Assembly (NCBI GenBank): GCA_963751345.1
Contig: CAVVUS010000011.1
Location: 384,001-448,000, forward strand
Reading direction: 5' to 3'
DNA from: an uncultured Chloroflexia bacterium
GTDB taxonomy: Bacteria; Chloroflexota; Anaerolineae; B4-G1; SLSP01
Length of the DNA stretch: 64,000 nt
The notes beneath the pieces are model-generated. The model was not told the origin of the DNA and ran no database searches. It saw nothing but the letters and a program-made list of their open reading frames with translations. Shown piece after piece: positions 1-11,032 of the stretch. Each line of letters starts with the position of its first letter. Positions within the stretch are counted from its first letter, which is position 1. Made by a program: the position numbers and the translations under genes.

Positions 1-1252
1 CGAGGGCCGTAGGCGATCTCGTCGCCGACGTATTGCTCGAAGATCTGTGTCTCCGGCATCTGGAAGACAAGGCCCACCATGTGGCGCATCGCGCTGATGT
101 CGTCGGCAGCGGCCCGCTCACCGCCTCGGAATATGAGACCGTCAACCCGAACGGTGCCCTCCTGGGGGCGCAGCAGAGCGTTGAGGTGCTGCAGCAGCGT
201 CGACTTCCCGGCTCCCGTGGCTCCGATCAGGCCGTGAGCGCTCTGCGGACCTACGGCGAGGTTCACGTGCTCCAGCGCGCGTTGTGCGAAGGGCGTGCCC
301 CGCATATAGACGTGACCCAGATCGGTGACCTCGATGATGTCAGGTTGCCGGCCTGGAATTGCGGCGACCGCGTTCCCTGCCGCGTCTTGGGGTCCCGGCT
401 TCGTCCGGCCGTGCTCGGACCTCCCACCCAACGCTGCCGCCAGGTCGTCGACCGTGTACAGCCGGGCGGGTAGGGTCCGGAATCCGAGACCGCAGGATGT
501 CGGCCAGCCGTGCGACCACCGGCACATCGAGCCCGAGGTTCTGCAAGAGACCCCTCTCGGCAAACACGACCGCCGGGCGATCGTCGAGCACCACGCCGCC
601 CGCGTCGATCACGACGACGCGATCGGCATCGAGCGCTTCCTCCATGACGTGGGTAATCGTGATGATCGTCATACCCTGCCGGTTCAGCTCGGCCATCAAC
701 TGCCGGACCACGCGCTTGCCCACCGGGTCAAGCATCGCCGTCGCTTCGTCGAAGACAATGCATCGCGGCCGCATCGCCAGAACGCCCGCCAGCGCCAGGC
801 GCTGCATCTGCCCCGCCGAGAGCATTGTAGGGCGGACGCGTCCGCTCCTCCCAGAGCCCCACGGTCTCCAGCGCATTCCTGACCCGCGCCCGGATCTCGT
901 CGCGTGGCAGTCCGAGATTCTCCGGCCCGAACGCCACGTCGTCTTCGGCGACGGTGGCGACCACCTGATCCTCGGGGCGCTGGAAGACCATGCCGACGGT
1001 CCGCCGGATCTCCGGGTGGTTTTCCGGCTGTCGCGTGTCGAGACCCGCGACGGTCACGCGCCCTTGATCGGGGAGCAACAGAGCATTGAGATGGCGGGCC
1101 AACGTCGACTTCCCGGAGCCGTTGGCCCCGATCATGGCGACGTATTCACCCTCATCTATTTGCAGCGAAAGGTCTCGCAGCGCGGGGCGTGAGGTGCCGT
1201 CGCGAGCCTGGTAGGCGTACGTCACCTGGTCGACCGAGATCAATGAACTCAC
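1..1252 (-). CDS. ecfA: ECF transporter ATP-binding protein, EcfA1-EcfA2 (probably fused; frameshifted; runs off the window start)
   Basis: First domain has Walker A GANGSGKST, VGMVFQRPEDQ, LSAGQMQRLALAG and IVFDEATAMLD (ORFs 728..1252 and 340..876). Reading the minus strand below ~340 gives a second ATPase: GATGAGKSTLLQHLNALLRP and PETQIFEQYVGDEIAYGP. Confidence 0.88.
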
Positions 1253-1259
1253 ACCACAG

Positions 1260-1287
1260 AGTATAAAGGGCGACGGTTGGACGTCAA
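1260..1287 (-). promoter_or_regulatory. sigma70-type promoter TTGACG-N16-TATACT for ecfA (probably leaderless)
   Basis: cgtcaa at 1282-1287 and agtata at 1260-1265 on the plus strand; the GTG start lies 7 nt downstream with no Shine-Dalgarno site. Confidence 0.6.
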
Positions 1288-1309
1288 CGCGTGTCGTCAG
1301 CGGGCACGC

Positions 1310-1318
1310 TGGTATAAT
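1310..1318 (+). promoter_or_regulatory. extended -10 promoter TGgTATAAT for the ECF S-component gene
   Basis: tggtataat at 1310-1318, upstream of an AAGGA Shine-Dalgarno-like site and ATGs at 1374/1386. Confidence 0.55.
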
Positions 1319-1385
1319 GAGCGGGGGAAAACCGGGTCGGCAACTTTCTGCCGCCTCGGGTCACAAGGAAAGGATGCAGGCGACG

Positions 1386-1943
1386 ATGTCAAGTGATAGA
1401 ACACGCAAGATTGTGATTGCCGGTGTCTTGGGGGCCATCTCAGCACTGTTGGGGTGGACGCGTCTGGGCTTCATTCCGTGGTTCTCGGGTGCCTCGTTGA
1501 CGATCATGCACGTCCCGGTCATTATCGGTGCGGTCCTTGAGGGCCCGTGGGTTGGGTCGGCCATCGGCCTGATCTTCGGCGCCTTCAGTATGCTTCAGGC
1601 TGCCATTGCCCCGAATGGGCCGACCGATGTGTGGTTCACAAATCCGCTGCTGTCGGTGTTGCCCCGGCTCTTCATCGGGCCGTTGGCCTGGCTCGCGTAT
1701 CGCGGGCTCAAGCGTTGGCCCGTGCCTGCACTCATCATTGCCGGTATCGTGGGAAGCGTGACCAACACGGTCCTGGTGCTTGGGATGATCGGTCTGCTCG
1801 GTGACCTGCCGTGGCAGGCCCTGCCCGCCATCGCGCTGGCCAACGGCGTTCCCGAGGCCATCGCGTCTGCGGTCATTGTGCTGGCTGTCGTGGCTGCCTG
1901 GCGCCAGATCCGCGTCGGATCGAAGCAGGGCTCAAAGCTCTAG
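1386..1943 (+). CDS. ECF transporter S component, PanT-like (pantothenate, predicted)
   Basis: Hydrophobic multi-TM protein with LGFIP...TIMHVPVIIGAVLEGP...GLIFG and SVLPRLFIG motifs typical of PanT-type S components; divergent from the ECF ATPase. Start is 1374 or 1386. Confidence 0.8.
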   Translation: MSSDRTRKIVIAGVLGAISALLGWTRLGFIPWFSGASLTIMHVPVIIGAVLEGPWVGSAIGLIFGAFSMLQAAIAPNGPTDVWFTNPLLSVLPRLFIGPLAWLAYRGLKRWPVPALIIAGIVGSVTNTVLVLGMIGLLGDLPWQALPAIALANGVPEAIASAVIVLAVVAAWRQIRVGSKQGSKL

Positions 1944-1970
1944 TTCCGACCTGCTACTTTGGGTGACCTC

Positions 1971-2014
1971 TGGAGTTTCTTGTCGGGCAGGCACCCGCCC
2001 GACAAGAAACTCCA
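1971..2014. terminator. perfect 18-bp inverted repeat, terminator or REP-like hairpin
   Basis: tggagtttcttgtcgggc, 8-nt loop, gcccgacaagaaactcca, followed by an A-tract; lies just after the S-component stop. Confidence 0.6.
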
Positions 2015-2217
2015 AAAAGGCCTCAGCGCGAACGCAGATTCCCCCGGTCTGACCCCTCTCGTCGATTTTTCTCGCCGCGTTCCCTCGCGCCTCCGCGTAA
2101 CTTCCCGTGGGTCGGGGTGTATTAACGTGTTGAGCGCGATCTTGGCTAGCGCCGGGTCGCGCTCGAGTTGTGGCGCCGGGCCGGGGCCACCGATACCGAT
2201 AACCGACAAGGGGAGAC

Positions 2218-3786
2218 ATGACGGAGACGACAACCCTCTCACGATCCGTGACCGAGGCAGCACTGGAGGAGAGACGTGCCGATGCTCGCCAGGGTGGCGG
2301 ACAGGCCCGGATCGATCGTCAGCACGCCAAGGGCAAACTCACGGCGCGGGAGCGGATTGAGGCGCTGCTCGATCCGGGTACGTTCACCGAAGTCGGGACC
2401 TTCATTGCACACCGGGCTACCGGTTTCGGGATGGAGAGTTCTCATCCGGCGGGTGACGGGGTGGTGACCGGCTCCGGGATGATTGACGGACGTCCGGTCT
2501 GCGTCTTCGCCCAGGACTTCACCGTGTTGGGTGGCTCCGTGGGCGAAGCGCACGGGCGCAAGATCGCCAGGATCATGGAGATGGCGCGCCAGACCGGCGT
2601 CCCCCTGATTGGCCTCAATGATTCCGGCGGCGCGAGGATCCAGGAGGGCGTGGATGCCTTGGCCGCCTACGGTGAGATCTTCTACCAAAACGTGCAGGCC
2701 TCTGGCGTCATCCCCCAGATCTCCGTGATTCTCGGGCCCTGCGCCGGCGGCGCGGTCTACTCGCCGGCGATTACCGACTTCATCGTTATGGTGTCGCAGA
2801 CGTCTCACATGTTCATCACGGGCCCACAGGTGATCCGGGCCGTGACGCACCAGGAGATCGACTTCGAGTCATTGGGTGGGGCGGCGATCCACGGCGGGGT
2901 GAGCGGCGTCGCCCATCTTGTGGCCGCCGATGAGGAGATCGCCCTGTCGCAGGTGCGCTGGCTGCTCTCCTTTCTCCCCCAGAACAACCTGGATCCGGCG
3001 CCCTACTATCCTTCGGATGACGATCCCAACCGCGAGACCCCCGAGCTTTCCGGCGTGGTCCCGGATGACCCGCAGTATCCCTATGACGTCAGGGCCATTA
3101 TCGAGAGGCTCGTGGACGATGGAGAGTTCCTTGAGGTTCAGGAAGCCTATGCGCAGAACATGGTGGTTGGGTTCGCGCGGGTGGAAGGGTATCCGGTGGG
3201 CATCGTCGCCAACCAGCCGGATGTGCTGGCCGGCGTTATTGATATCAACGCCAGTGACAAGGGCGCGCGCTTTGTCCGTTTCTGTGATGCCTTTCACCTG
3301 CCGCTGGTGACGTTGGTGGACACGCCCGGCTTTCTTCCCGGCGTCGAGCAGGAGCATGGCGGGGTCATCCGCCACGGCGCGAAGTTGCTCTACGCCTACG
3401 CGGAAGCCACGGTGCCAAAGGTCTCACTGGTCCTCCGCAAGGCCTATGGCGGCGCCTACATCGTGATGAGTTCAAAGCATCTTCACGGCGACGTCAACCT
3501 TGCGTGGTCCGGAGCGGAGATCGCCGTCATGGGGCCGGAGGGCGCGGTCAATATCGTCTTCCGAACCGAGTTGGCTGAGGCAGAAGATCCGGCGGCGAAA
3601 CGGGCGGAGCTGGTTCAGGCCTATCGCGGCGAACTCGCCAATCCCTTCATCGCGGCGTCCCGCGGCTACCTCGATGACGTGATCTCGCCTGCCGAGAGCC
3701 GGTCCCGTATCGCTGCTGCGCTGCGACTCCTGCGGAACAAGCGCGAGAGCACGCCCAAGCGCAAGCACGGGAATATCCCACTCTAG
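2218..3786 (+). CDS. pccB: acyl-CoA (propionyl-CoA-type) carboxylase, carboxyltransferase subunit beta
   Basis: GKLTARERI, DSGGARIQEG, GPCAGGAVYSPA, DTPGFLPG, RKAYGGAY and C-terminal KRKHGNIPL; Shine-Dalgarno site GGGGAG. Confidence 0.93.
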   Translation: MTETTTLSRSVTEAALEERRADARQGGGQARIDRQHAKGKLTARERIEALLDPGTFTEVGTFIAHRATGFGMESSHPAGDGVVTGSGMIDGRPVCVFAQDFTVLGGSVGEAHGRKIARIMEMARQTGVPLIGLNDSGGARIQEGVDALAAYGEIFYQNVQASGVIPQISVILGPCAGGAVYSPAITDFIVMVSQTSHMFITGPQVIRAVTHQEIDFESLGGAAIHGGVSGVAHLVAADEEIALSQVRWLLSFLPQNNLDPAPYYPSDDDPNRETPELSGVVPDDPQYPYDVRAIIERLVDDGEFLEVQEAYAQNMVVGFARVEGYPVGIVANQPDVLAGVIDINASDKGARFVRFCDAFHLPLVTLVDTPGFLPGVEQEHGGVIRHGAKLLYAYAEATVPKVSLVLRKAYGGAYIVMSSKHLHGDVNLAWSGAEIAVMGPEGAVNIVFRTELAEAEDPAAKRAELVQAYRGELANPFIAASRGYLDDVISPAESRSRIAAALRLLRNKRESTPKRKHGNIPL

Positions 3787-3792
3787 GGGCTC

Positions 3793-5385
3793 ATGAAGAT
3801 GAAAGTCCTGGTGGCAAACAGAGGCGAGATCGCGGTGCGCATCTTGCGGGCATGCCGAGATCTGGGGTTGCCGAGTGTCGCGGTCTATTCGGAGGGCGAC
3901 CGCGAGGCCCTGCACACACGGTATGCCGACGAGGCCCTGCTGATCGGTCCCACTACAGCGGCCGAGAGCTATCTCAGGATCTCCACGTTGATCGAGGCCG
4001 CGCGCAGGTGCGGCGCCGATGCCATTCATCCCGGCTATGGTTTTCTGTCTGAGAACGCGGAGTTCGCCGAGGCCGTGGAGGATGCCGGCATGGCCTTCAT
4101 TGGGCCGCGACCGGAGACGCTGGCAATGACCGGGGACAAAGTGGTCGCCCGCAGGATCGCCCGCGAGGCCGGTCTGCCGGTGCTAGGGGGACCGGACCAT
4201 GCGGTCGAGTACGACCGGGCGGCCGAGTACGACCGGGCGGTCGAGTATGGCGGGCGGTCGACGACGGGCGGACGGCGACGGACAGCACGGTGGCTGCGGC
4301 GCGCGCTGCGATGGACGGGCTTTCGTACCCGGTGCTGGTGAAGGCCGTCGCCGGCGGCGGTGGGCGGGGGATTCGATTGGCGCGCAGCGCCGACGAACTG
4401 CTTCCAATGATTGCTGCCGCCCGCAGGGAAGCCATGGCTTCCTTTGGCGACGATGGTGTCTACCTTGAGCCCCTGGTCGAGCACGCGCGTCACATTGAGG
4501 TCCAGATTCTCGGGGACGGCCAGGGCAAAGTCCTGTGCCTTGGCGAACGTGAGTGTTCTATCCAGCGTCGCCGCCAGAAGCTTATTGAAGAATCCCCCGC
4601 TCCCGGCCTCACGGAGAGCCAGCGCTCTTTCCTGATGGAGGCTGCGATGCGCCTGGGTGCGGCCCTGCGATACCGCAGTCTGGGCACCGTGGAGTTTCTT
4701 CTCGATAGGGCCGGTGCCTTCCATTTCATCGAAATCAATCCCCGTATCCAGGTGGAGCATCCGGTCACCGAGATGGTCACCGGCATGGACCTCGTCAAAG
4801 AGCAACTGAGATTGGCTGCAGGGCGCCCCCTGCGGTGGCGCCAGGAGCAAATCTCCCCGCGGGGTGCGGCCATCGAGGCGCGGGTGCTGGCCGAAGATCC
4901 CACCAGCAACCACGGCACGAGCTTCCTGCCCACGATCGGGGAGATCACTTATCTCAAAGAGCCCGGGGGCCCCGGCATCCGGGTGGACAGCGCCTTGTAC
5001 CAGGGGATGCACGTGACCACGGACTATGACTCCTTGCTGGCGAAGGTAGATTGCGTGGGGTGAGTCGCGCGCGGTCGCCCTGTTGAGGTTGCGTCGAGCC
5101 CTGCGTGAGTTCCAGATTGGCGGCGTGGTGACCGATCTGGAGTTCCTGCTGCAGATTCTTGAGAGCGTGCCCTTTATGACCGCCAGGCTGGACACGACCT
5201 TCCTGGATGGTTTTGTGCCACCGCAGCCCGAGCATTCCCCGGCATCGGAATCCGAAATCGCCGCCGCTGCGGCCTTCTTGGCGCACCGGCGACGTGCGGT
5301 GGTCGTTCCTCTACCGAAGAGGAACGCCGGGAGTCTGGATGGCGCGGCTGTGTGGCGCGCCAGCGCCTGGCGAGAGCAGATGTAG
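3793..5385 (+). CDS. accC: biotin carboxylase subunit (two apparent frameshifts, ~4260-4290 and ~5050)
   Basis: [68 protein letters not shown] and GIRVDS...YDSLLAK across ORFs 3793..4341, 4290..5063 and 5083..5385. Confidence 0.9.
4201..4265. repeat. 18-nt hairpin tandem repeat (CGGTCG-AGTA-CGACCG) inside accC
   Basis: gcggtcgagtacgaccgg, gcggccgagtacgaccgg, gcggtcgagtatggcgg; encodes [17 protein letters not shown]. Confidence 0.85.
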
Positions 5386-5450
5386 CCAACCACCCCTGAG
5401 CCTGGCCCTAGGGCCAGGTCACGCAGGGCAATGGAAAGGAAGAATAGGCC

Positions 5451-5955
5451 ATGACAATGTATGCTGTATCAGTCGGAGATCGTCAGTACTGCGTTGAAGT
5501 GCGGGAGTCGCAGCTACTCGTCGACGGTGAGCCTGTGAATTTCGAGCTGACATCGCTCAACGGGAATGGCATGCATCTCTTCCGGCAGGGCGAGCGCAAC
5601 ACCGAGATGTACTTCAAGGCTGTCGGCGACGATGACTACGAGGTCCACGTCCGAGGACACTACGTTGTGGCGCAGGTGGATCCGATGGGGGGACGCCGTC
5701 TCAAGCTGGGTGCGGGGCGCGCGCTCCGAGAAGGCGGCGGGTGACGTTACAGCCCCCATGCCGGGCCTGGTCGTGGATGTGCTGGTGCAAGCCGGTCAGG
5801 CGGTGGAGCAGGGAGACGTGCTGCTCACTCAGGAATCGATGAAGATGCAGATGCAATTGAGGGCGCCATTTGCCGGACGGGTCAAGGCCGTCCACGTGGC
5901 GCCGGGTGAGCAAGTGGACAAGGGCGCCCTGATGGTAGAGGTGCGTGCAGAGTAA
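5451..5955 (+). CDS. biotin carboxyl carrier protein (frameshift ~5725)
   Basis: C-terminal VTAPMPGLVVDV...ESMKM biotinyl-lysine motif in ORF 5566..5955; N-terminal part in ORF 5451..5744. Confidence 0.85.
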
Positions 5956-5999
5956 GGCGTAAAGGACGGGGAATCGGGAATACCAAGGGAGACATAACG

Positions 6000-6540
6000 A
6001 TGGAAGAGGTGTTGGCAAGAGCTAATAGCCGGGGATGGACCCGGGCCGCCGTGAATACCGCAGCCGTGCTTGCGTGGGCCTATGTCATTGCGATCAGTTC
6101 GCAGGTTCGGCTGACGCTTCCTTTCAGCCCGGTGCCCATCACGGCCCAGACCCTGTTTGTGCTGCTGGGCGGCGCGCTGCTGGGGACGCGTCGCAGCGTG
6201 CTCTCTGTGGCTACCTATCTCATCGGCGGGGCGGTGGGGCTGCCGTTCTTCGCCGGTGGTGCGTTGGCCGGACCCACGGGTGGGTACCTGGTGGGATTCA
6301 TCGCGGCTTCCTATGTTGTGGGCACGCTGGTGGAGAGCGGATGGGGACGTCGCCCGACCACTGCGTTCGGCCGCGACTCTCCTTGGTAATATGGTAATCT
6401 ACCTCTTCGGCCTGCCGTGGCTGGCCGTGTACGTTGGGTGGGGACCGGTCCTCTCGCTGGGGCTGCTTCCCTTTGTCGCAGGAGATCTAGCCAAGGCGCT
6501 CTGCGCCTCGGGCCTCATCCTGGCACGATCTCGAGCCTGA
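6000..6540 (+). CDS. bioY: biotin transporter BioY (frameshift ~6370)
   Basis: PFSPVPITAQT, YLIGGAVGLPFFAGG, GPTGGYLVGF, then LGNMVIYLFGLPWL and LPFVAGDLAK. Confidence 0.9.
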
Positions 6541-6629
6541 CGGTATTAGCGCGACCGTCCGCTGGCTGATCGCTGAAAGCTGAGAGCTATCACCTTTCAG
6601 CACACACCCTACAAAAGGACCATAACTCA

Positions 6630-9457
6630 ATGCAGATGTCACCTATTGCGATCGTCGGAAAAGCCGGCATCTTTGCCCAGGCTCACGACGCCCGCGAGTA
6701 TTGGCAGAACATCATCGACAAGATTGACTGCATCGCCGACGTTCCACCCTCGCGGTGGTCGATCGATGACTACTACGATCCCGATCCTCAGGCCCGAGAC
6801 AAGGTCTACTGCAAGCGCGGTGGCTTCATCCCGGATATCGACTTCAATCCGATGGAGTTCGGGATTCCCCCGAACCAGCTTGAGGTAACCGATGTCTCCC
6901 AGCTTCTGAGCTTGGTCGTCGCCCGCGACTTGCTGATCGATGCCCGGTATGGCGAGGAGTACGGTGGTCGGCCCTTCGACCGGGCGCGTGTGGGGGTTGT
7001 GCTGGGGGTCGCCGGAGGGCAGAAACTCATCACACCCCTGACCTCGCGGCTCCAGTATCCGGTCTGGGAACGCGTGCTGCGCAGCCATGGTCTGCCCGAG
7101 GATGAGGTAAGTGAGATCGTTGACAAGATCAAGCTCGCCTACGTCGAATGGAATGAGAACTCCTTCCCCGGCCTGCTGGGCAACGTGATCGCGGGCCGTA
7201 TCGCGAACCGCTTCGATCTGGGCGGGCTGAACTCGGTCGTCGATGCGGCTTGCGCCAGCAGCCTCAGCGCCATCAAGATGGCGGTGAGCCAGTTGGCCGA
7301 GGGGAGCGCGGAGATGATGATCACGGGTGGGGTGGACACCGACAACTCCCCCTTCTCGTTCATGTGCTTCAGCAAGACGCCGGCTTTCACGCCCGGCGAG
7401 GCTCCACGGCCCTTCGATGCCGACGCCGACGGTATGATGGTCGGCGAGGGGTTGGGCATGATTCTGCTCAAGCGATTGGCTGATGCCGAGCGCGATGGGG
7501 ACAGGATCTACGCCGTGATTCGGGGCATCGGTGCCTCCAGTGACGGGCGTTACAAGAGCATCTACGCGCCCCGACCGGAGGGGCAGGCGCTGGCCACGCG
7601 TCGAGCTTACGAGCAGGCCGGTGTGGATCCGCTGAGCGTTGGGCTCGTCGAGGCGCACGGCACCGGCACACGTGCCGGCGACCCCGCCGAGTTTGAGGGG
7701 CTCGTACAGGTCTTCGGGTCGGCTAATGGCAAGGGGCAGCACATTGCCCTCGGCAGTGTGAAGTCACAGATCGGCCACACCAAGGCGGCAGCGGGCGCCG
7801 CCGGCCTGATCAAGGCCGCTATGGCGCTGGACCAGAAGGTGCTACCTCCTACCCTCCACGTCACACAGCCCAACCCGAAGCTGGGCATTGACGATACGCC
7901 GTTCTATATCAACACCGCCAGCCGCCCCTGGATTCAGCCTGAGGGTGCAGGCCCGCGGCGCGCGGGTGTAAGCGCCTTCGGGTTTGGCGGAACGAATCTC
8001 CACGTCGTGCTGGAGGAGTATAGTGCGGACCATGCGCTCGCGGACGAGCGTGCGCGCCGCGGGTGGACGGGCGGATAGCTTACCGGATCAACCGTGTGAC
8101 TCAGCCGGTTGTCCTGGTCGCTGCAACGCCACAGGCGCTGCTCGAGCGCTGTGAGCAGCTTCTGGCGGCCATGGAAGGCCAGGGCGAGGCGGCGATGGCT
8201 GCCTATCAGGAGGTCACGCAGGCCGGCAAGGCTCCTGAGATACCTGCGGACGCTGCCCGGCTCGGCTTTGTCGCTGACACCTTGGAGGAGGCCAGGGGGC
8301 TTCTGAAGAGCGCCGTCACGACACTGCGGGCCCGTCTGGACGCTGAGAGCTGGGACCACCCCAAGGGAATTACCTACCGGCGCACGGGAATGGCGACAGA
8401 GGGACATCTTGTCGCGTTGTTCCCCGGGCAGGGCTCACAGTATCTCAACATGGGCGCCGATCTTGCGATGAACTTCCCCCCGATCCGCGAGATGTACGCC
8501 CGGATGGACGCCCTTTTCCTCGACGAGGGGCTGACCCCCTTGTCGACGGTCGTCTTCCCGCCGCCTGTCTTCGACAAGGAGAGCGAGAAGCTGCAGGATG
8601 AGGCGTTGCGGGCCACGGACTACGCCCAGGCCGGGATCGGTGTGTTCAGCGCCGGGCTCTTCAAGCTGCTGGCCGGAGCCGGGTTCCGGCCTGATTTCAC
8701 GGCCGGCCACAGCTTCGGCGAGCTGTCCGCTCTGTGGGCCGGCGGCATCCTGAGCGAGGACGATTTCCTGAAATTGGTCAAAGCGCGTGGCAAAGCTATG
8801 TGCCCACCCGATGACCCCGATTTCGACGCCGGAAGCATGGCCGCCGTCCAGGGCGCACTTCCGGAGATCGAGAACGTGATCGAGGCCTTTGAGAACGTCA
8901 TTATCGCCAACCAGAACTCGAATACGCAGGTGGTGATCGCCGGTCCGACGGAAGACGTCCGGCTTGCGGGCGAGGCCCTCGGTGCAAAAGGCATCAAGGC
9001 CACGATCCTTCCGGTCTCTGCGGCATTCCACACGCCGGCAGTTGGCCACGCGTCCGAACCGTTTGCCAAAGCCGTGATGCCTACCACCTTCCACAAGCCT
9101 CGGGCCGTCGTCTTCTCGAATACGACGGGAGACCCCTATCCAGGGGAGGACGATGCTGAGGCCGCCAAGTCATTGCTCGCCAACCACATCCTCAATCCCG
9201 TGCTTTTCAAGCGACAGATCGAGCGCATCTATGAGGCCGGCGGGCGCATCTTCGTGGAGTGTGGGCCACGGCGCATCACGACAGGACTGGTCGAGGACAT
9301 TCTCGGAGCTGCTGCGGATGGCGGGGAATTCGTAGCCGTAGCACTCAACGCAAGCCGCACCGCATCAAGTGACCGGCAATTCCGCGAGGCCGTGGTCCGG
9401 CTGCGGGTCGCCGGCCTCAACCTTGGCGACGTCGATCCTTACGAGCTGGCGGCGTAG
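6630..9457 (+). CDS. PfaA/HglE-like iterative PKS, KS-MAT part (frameshift ~8060)
   Basis: KS catalytic motifs DAACASS, EAHGTGT and IGHTKAAAG, plus WNENSFPGLLGNVIAGRIANRFDLGG typical of PfaA/HglE; MAT motifs FPGQGSQY, GHSFG and SAAFHT. Confidence 0.92.
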
Positions 9458-9484
9458 CGGCACAAAGAAGCCGGGAGGATAGGT

Positions 9485-11027
9485 ATGGCATACAAAGTAA
9501 AACTCAATGGAAGCAACTACGTAAGTGACAATCGGGTTCAGGCTTTTCAGCAGTCCCTGACGGAAGGCCGTCCGGCTGACGGCGGCAGGCAGAGCAGCCA
9601 TCAGCAGCCGGCTGCGGCACAGGCAGAGGTGCGAACGCCCCCACCTGCAGCTCCGGAGCCGGCGAACGGCGCTCCTGCGATCTGCCGGGGGTTCACCGCC
9701 GGCTGGGGTGGCACCCCAGGTCATGCAACCGTCGGTGGACTACTCACAGGTGCTTGAGAGCCTGGAGCGAGGGTTGGCACAGTCCTACGAACACCAGAGC
9801 GAAACGCTGCGGGTTCACCAGTACTACCTCAACAACGAGGCGGCCTACGCCAGCATCTTCTCACAGCTCATGGACCAGGAGAGCAAGCTCATGCTGGAGG
9901 GGGCCGCATCACCCGAGCGGTCTGAGGTCGTGCTCAACGTGCTCGAGACCTTGACACACAGCGTGGAGCAGTTCCACACACACCAGACTGAGACGCTCAA
10001 CGTGCACAGCCAGTTCCTGAACCAGCAGGCAACCTATGCTGAGGCCTTCGTTGAACTCCTGCAGGACCATTACGGTACGGTGCTGCACGGCACCAATGGC
10101 AACGGGAACGGTAACGGCAATGGTCACGGGAATGGGAATGGCCATGGCTCGGGTAACGGGAACGGACACACGTCCGAGGCAACGGTGCAGGCCAAAGCCA
10201 CGGCCGGCCGGGGCAATGGCAATGGGCACGACCCCGCGCTGGGTCAGCCGCTTGCCGCCCAGCTCAACGCCGCGGCGCCTGTCGTAAGTCCACCGGCACC
10301 CGCTGTCAGGCCCGGTGTGCCGCAGCAGGCGATAGCGACCGCTGCGGTAGCGCCTCAGACGGCGGTGGCGCCTCAGACGGCGGTAGCGCCTCAGACGGCG
10401 GTAGCTGCCGCCCCTGCGACAACACAGGCCCCCGCCATCAGTGCCGAGGCACTTTCAGCGTCGCTGCTTGACATCGTCAGCGACAAGACGGGCTACCCGG
10501 CCGAGATGCTCGACCTCGATATGGACATGGAGGCGGACCTGGGCATCGACTCCATCAAGCGCGTTGAGATTCTGGGTGCGCTCCAGGAGGCCTATCCGGA
10601 AATGCCGGAGGTGGAGACCGACGCGCTGGCCGAGCTGCGCACGTTGGCTCAGATCGTGGCCTATACAGGGAGCCGGCTGCCATCCGGTGCGCCGGTTGAG
10701 ACGGTCGTCCCTGATGCGGTCGCCTCCGAGCCGGCGCAAGTGGCTCCCGAGCCCGCTACCGCAGCAGTGGATGTCGACGCACTTACTGAGGACCTGCTGG
10801 CGATCGTAAGCGACAAGACGGGCTACCCTGCGGAGATGCTCGAGCTCGATATGGATATGGAGGCCGACCTGGGGATCGATTCCATCAAGCGCGTCGAGAT
10901 CCTCGGCGCACTCCAGGAACAGCATCCTGAGCTGCCCGAGGTGGAGGCGGATGCCCTCGCCGAGCTCCGGACGCTTGCCCAGATTCTGGGCTATATGCAG
11001 GAAAGGACGGCACCAAAAAAAGCCTGA
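9485..11027 (+). CDS. PfaA/HglE-like linker plus tandem ACP-ACP part (frameshift ~9690)
   Basis: KLNGSNYVS motif, two helical repeats (QSETLRVHQYYL and QTETLNVHSQFL), an NG/NGH-rich linker and two ACPs with DLGIDSIKRVEI. Confidence 0.88.
10344..10405 (+). repeat. 18-nt tandem array, GCGCCTCAGACGGCG family
   Basis: (gcggtRgcgcctcagacg) x3.4; encodes AVAPQT. Confidence 0.9.
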
Positions 11028-11032
11028 AGCGG

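Noticed and set aside
2015-2217. BirA operator or riboswitch upstream of pccB
   Set aside because: No recognisable palindromic operator or aptamer consensus was found by eye.
10093-10230. NG/NGH-rich repeat as a DNA element
   Set aside because: Codons vary synonymously (aat/aac, ggc/ggg/ggt), so it is a peptide-level low-complexity linker typical of this PKS type.
10470-10990. Long direct repeat suggesting a mobile duplication or DGR template/variable pair
   Set aside because: It is the two ACP domains; differences are mostly synonymous, not adenine-specific, and no reverse transcriptase is present.
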